DNA of 61,343 nucleotides from Gemmatimonadota bacterium. Its GTDB lineage: Bacteria; Gemmatimonadota; Gemmatimonadetes; Longimicrobiales; Gaopeijiaceae. Below the pieces are notes generated by a model that was given only the letters and a program-made list of their open reading frames with translations, ran no database searches and was not told the DNA's origin. Numbering within the stretch: the stretch's first letter is position 1; every line of letters starts with the position of its first letter. The stretch lies in the NCBI GenBank assembly GCA_039589315.1, contig JBDHHQ010000029.1:1-61343 (forward strand), read 5' to 3'. Of this stretch, positions 58,417 to 61,343 are shown piece after piece. The translations under genes were made by a program, and so were the position numbers.

Positions 58417-59433
58417 TCAGCGTTTCGCGTGTTCCTCCGCCACCGACAGGAGCAGCGGGAGGACGATGGTGAAGCTGGTACCTTGCCCCGGTGCGCTCTC
58501 CACCGCAATGGAGCCCGAATGTTGCTCGACGATCTGTCGCGTGATCAGTAGGCCCATCCCCATGCCCACGCGGGATCCCTTCGTCGTGAAGCCGGGCTCG
58601 AAGATCCGCTCGAGGACGTCGGGCGTCATGCCCACGCCACTGTCGCGCATCTCGATCACGGCGTGACCCCCATCGTCGGAGAGCGCAGTCCGTACGCCAA
58701 TAGTACCCTTTTCTCGGATCGCCTGACAGGAGTTCATGAGCAGGTTCATGAACACCTGATTCAGACGATTGGGATAGCATTCCACGGGCGGGAGGTCGCC
58801 GTACTCCCGTTCCACCCGGATCCTGCCCCTGAGCTCGTGTCCCAGGATCGTGAACGTGCTTTCGATGGCTTCTCGCAGATCCAGGGGCCCCACCTCCGAG
58901 CGGTCGGGTCGGCCGAAGGTGCGAAGGCTCTTCACGATGTGGCCCATGCGCTCGACGGCCATGGCGTTCGTGTCCTGGACGCCGGCGATGGCCTTCACGA
59001 TACGGCGCACGTCCTCGAGCTCGTCGGGATCGACCCGCTCGTCCTCCAGGATGACCTGAAGCTTGTCGAGGGCGCGCCGTATCGTGTCATGGTTGCTGTT
59101 GAGGGCACCCATGGGCGTGTTGATCTCGTGGGCCACGCCCGCGACCAGCTGGCCCAGGGCAGCCATCTTGGCAGTGTTGACCGCATCCGCTTGCGCACCC
59201 GCCAATTCCGCGCGCGCGGCCTTGGCGTCCCGCTCGGCACGTTCGAGCGCCTGGACGAGCTCGTCGAGCCGCCGTGTGGTGTCACCGGCGTCACGCTCCG
59301 GAGCCGCAAGTGGGCGGTCCGCGGCTGCGGCCAAGGGGCTCCGGCGTCCGGCGGCCTGCCTGGTCAGCGCGGCACCCACAACCACGCCTACCAGGAGGCC
59401 GGCGAGCCCGACGATCAGTGCGGTGGGGGTCAA
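58417..59433 (-). CDS. Sensor histidine kinase
   Basis: AGVAHEINTP, NQVFMNLLMN, DSGVG, FTTK, GMGL. Confidence 0.93.
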   Translation of the reverse strand: MTPTALIVGLAGLLVGVVVGAALTRQAAGRRSPLAAAADRPLAAPERDAGDTTRRLDELVQALERAERDAKAARAELAGAQADAVNTAKMAALGQLVAGVAHEINTPMGALNSNHDTIRRALDKLQVILEDERVDPDELEDVRRIVKAIAGVQDTNAMAVERMGHIVKSLRTFGRPDRSEVGPLDLREAIESTFTILGHELRGRIRVEREYGDLPPVECYPNRLNQVFMNLLMNSCQAIREKGTIGVRTALSDDGGHAVIEMRDSGVGMTPDVLERIFEPGFTTKGSRVGMGMGLLITRQIVEQHSGSIAVESAPGQGTSFTIVLPLLLSVAEEHAKR

Positions 59434-59912
59434 AGGAAAGCCTGGAAGAGCCGGCGCCGCAGGTCCAGCAGCTCCTCGTTGGCACCCTCCAGGGCCGATA
59501 GCCGGGCGTCCAGCTCCAGGAAGAGGCTCGAGCGCTCCACGCTGTTCCGGATGATCAGCTTCAGGTGCTCGTTGTCCCAGGGCTTCTCCAGATAGTAGTA
59601 GAGCCCGGCCTCGTTGATCGCCCGAATGGCGTTCTCCTTGTCGGCGTACCCGGTCAGCAGGATGCGGGTGGCCTGTGGTCGCCTCACGCGCACCTCCCGG
59701 AGGAAGCTGATCCCGTCCATCTGCGGCATCATGAAATCGGAGATCACCACATAGACGTTGTCCGAATCCAGGTCGTGGGCCAGCGCCTCCAGGGGGTTCG
59801 AGAAGGTCACGACCCGGTAGGGGGTCTCCAGCTCCAGGAAGCTGCGCAGGGACGTGGTGACCATCGGCTCGTCGTCGACCACGAGGACCGATTTCGGTCG
59901 AGGGTCATGCAT
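59430..59912 (-). CDS. Response regulator (REC plus short coiled coil)
   Basis: VVDDE, SDFMMPQMDG, LTGY, KPW; overlaps the kinase start. Confidence 0.92.
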   Translation of the reverse strand: MHDPRPKSVLVVDDEPMVTTSLRSFLELETPYRVVTFSNPLEALAHDLDSDNVYVVISDFMMPQMDGISFLREVRVRRPQATRILLTGYADKENAIRAINEAGLYYYLEKPWDNEHLKLIIRNSVERSSLFLELDARLSALEGANEELLDLRRRLFQAFL

Positions 59913-59943
59913 GCTGCTCCTCCATCTGCACCGGCGGGCGGAT

Positions 59944-61343
59944 CTACTGGACCAGGGCGCGGACCTTGCGGGCGAGGCCCTGGAGCAGCTCCGTCGCGAG
60001 CTCCGGGTAGTCAGCCAGCAGATCCTGGAAGTCGTTTCGCGTGACACGCAGCAGTCGAGCGGGCCCCTTCACCTTGGCGGTCACGAGGCTCGGGGCTCTG
60101 TCGATGAGCGCCCAGACCCCGAACGGACGGCCCGCCTCGGCGCTCAGGACCTGACCGTCGACCGCCTCCAGAGCCACGATTCCGTCGATGACCACGTAGA
60201 GCGCCTCCGGTGGCGTGCCGCCCTCCATGAGCACCGTCCCGGGCTCGGCCACCACCTCCTCGGCGATGGAGGCGAGGAGGGTGAAGTGGGAGGTCCGGGC
60301 GTCCCGGAGCACATCCACGTTTTGGAGCAGGAAGACCTTTTCCAGTGGATCCAACGTCGTCCTCCGACGGCCCGAGTCCTCGACGTCCGGGCGGCTTCCC
60401 GCATCGACGAGGGCCAATGCGTACTCCCCGAACGTAAACCCGCCCAGGGGAAAACGCCGCCTCCAGGAGTCCGTTCCCTTGAACTCCTCTACTCTCTCAG
60501 CCAGCCAGGGAAACTTCAAATCGGCCGCTGTCCACAGGGCGAGGTAGGCCAGGCTGTCGTCGTTGTTCGTCCAGAGGTCCGCGAAGGCGTCGGCAACGGT
60601 GTCGCGTGAGGCCTCGGCGGTCGGCTCTCTCTGCAACACCGGCTTCAGCTCCGCGAACCGGGCGTGGCCCACCGTCTCCTCGAGCCACTCCAGCGCGTTG
60701 GCGAAGGTGGCACCGGACGTCGACACCAGGGCCCGGTAGCACCGATAGATCCCGTCCGGATCATACAGAAGGCCGAGGCAGCGGAATGCGCCCTCCTGAC
60801 GGTCGTGCCAGGCTTCCCGCACCGACCGGTGCAACAGTCGCACGCCTCGGTGATCCGGGTCCACTCCCTGGAGCGCAGACAGGGCCATCTCGTACCGGGT
60901 CGCGGCCTCGACTTCGCGGCGGATCGATCGGACCACCTGATCCAGGTCGAAATCCAGGTCCGCGCCGCTCGCCCGCAGTCGGTTCAGGGCCTTCAGGGTG
61001 CGGAAGTCGAGGAGCTGCCCGGTCTCGGGCGCGAGGAAGGACTCCAGCAGGGCGTCCACGGTCGCCTGATGCGGCATCCGGGACAGGATCGCCGGGATGG
61101 CCTGGCGAACCATCACGTCCTCTGCCGGGTCCAACAGGTGATGGGAGAGGAGGGGCACGACGCGGTCCCCCTGACGGCGGAGTGCCTCCATGGCCGCGCG
61201 CCGTGTGGGCGTGGCTCCGAGCGCGGTGATCATCTGCCCGTAGAACGGGTGGCGCCCCAGCAGGCCCGCGCTCTTCAGGGCGGCTGCCGCCACCTCCGGT
61301 GCCTCGTCCTCGATCAGGGCCGTCAGGTACTCGTCGGCCGAGG
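59944..61343 (-). CDS. HEAT-repeat protein with C-terminal cyclic-nucleotide-binding domain (5' end outside window)
   Basis: HEAT-like helices, ANALEWLE, then EKVFLLQNVD..LYVVIDG..FGVWAL cNMP-like fold. Confidence 0.8.
   Translation of the reverse strand, partial: SADEYLTALIEDEAPEVAAAALKSAGLLGRHPFYGQMITALGATPTRRAAMEALRRQGDRVVPLLSHHLLDPAEDVMVRQAIPAILSRMPHQATVDALLESFLAPETGQLLDFRTLKALNRLRASGADLDFDLDQVVRSIRREVEAATRYEMALSALQGVDPDHRGVRLLHRSVREAWHDRQEGAFRCLGLLYDPDGIYRCYRALVSTSGATFANALEWLEETVGHARFAELKPVLQREPTAEASRDTVADAFADLWTNNDDSLAYLALWTAADLKFPWLAERVEEFKGTDSWRRRFPLGGFTFGEYALALVDAGSRPDVEDSGRRRTTLDPLEKVFLLQNVDVLRDARTSHFTLLASIAEEVVAEPGTVLMEGGTPPEALYVVIDGIVALEAVDGQVLSAEAGRPFGVWALIDRAPSLVTAKVKGPARLLRVTRNDFQDLLADYPELATELLQGLARKVRALVQ

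Overview
High-GC bacterial chromosomal window with no rRNA, tRNA, CRISPR array or recognisable transposase/integrase. Gene content suggests Gemmatimonadota (inference only). Main content in order: (1) a persulfide dioxygenase-rhodanese and SulP pair with a convergent ECF sigma/zinc anti-sigma pair; (2) a ~14.5 kb tightly coupled operon (9315-23779) joining a 2-oxoacid oxidoreductase alpha/beta pair, an unknown protein, rnfB, a giant PFOR-like enzyme with a C-terminal fused ferredoxin, rnfCDGEA and a small Cys-rich protein; (3) a second, convergent KorABC-like 2-oxoacid oxidoreductase operon; (4) hydrolases, a lone TRAP solute-binding protein, a ComDE-like decarboxylase with a cyclase, nfuA, gdhA and a cyclophilin; (5) an AhpD-like selenoprotein split by an in-frame UGA (CxxU plus SECIS-like hairpin) that the ORF track misses; (6) a ppx, secreted kinase-like, two-component and HEAT-cNMP block. 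Three genes (PFOR, a TPR gene, a hybrid kinase) show clean internal deletions with frameshifts. Two genes have ATA where ATG is expected, and the 3' end of ppx carries an 80-bp tandem duplication.
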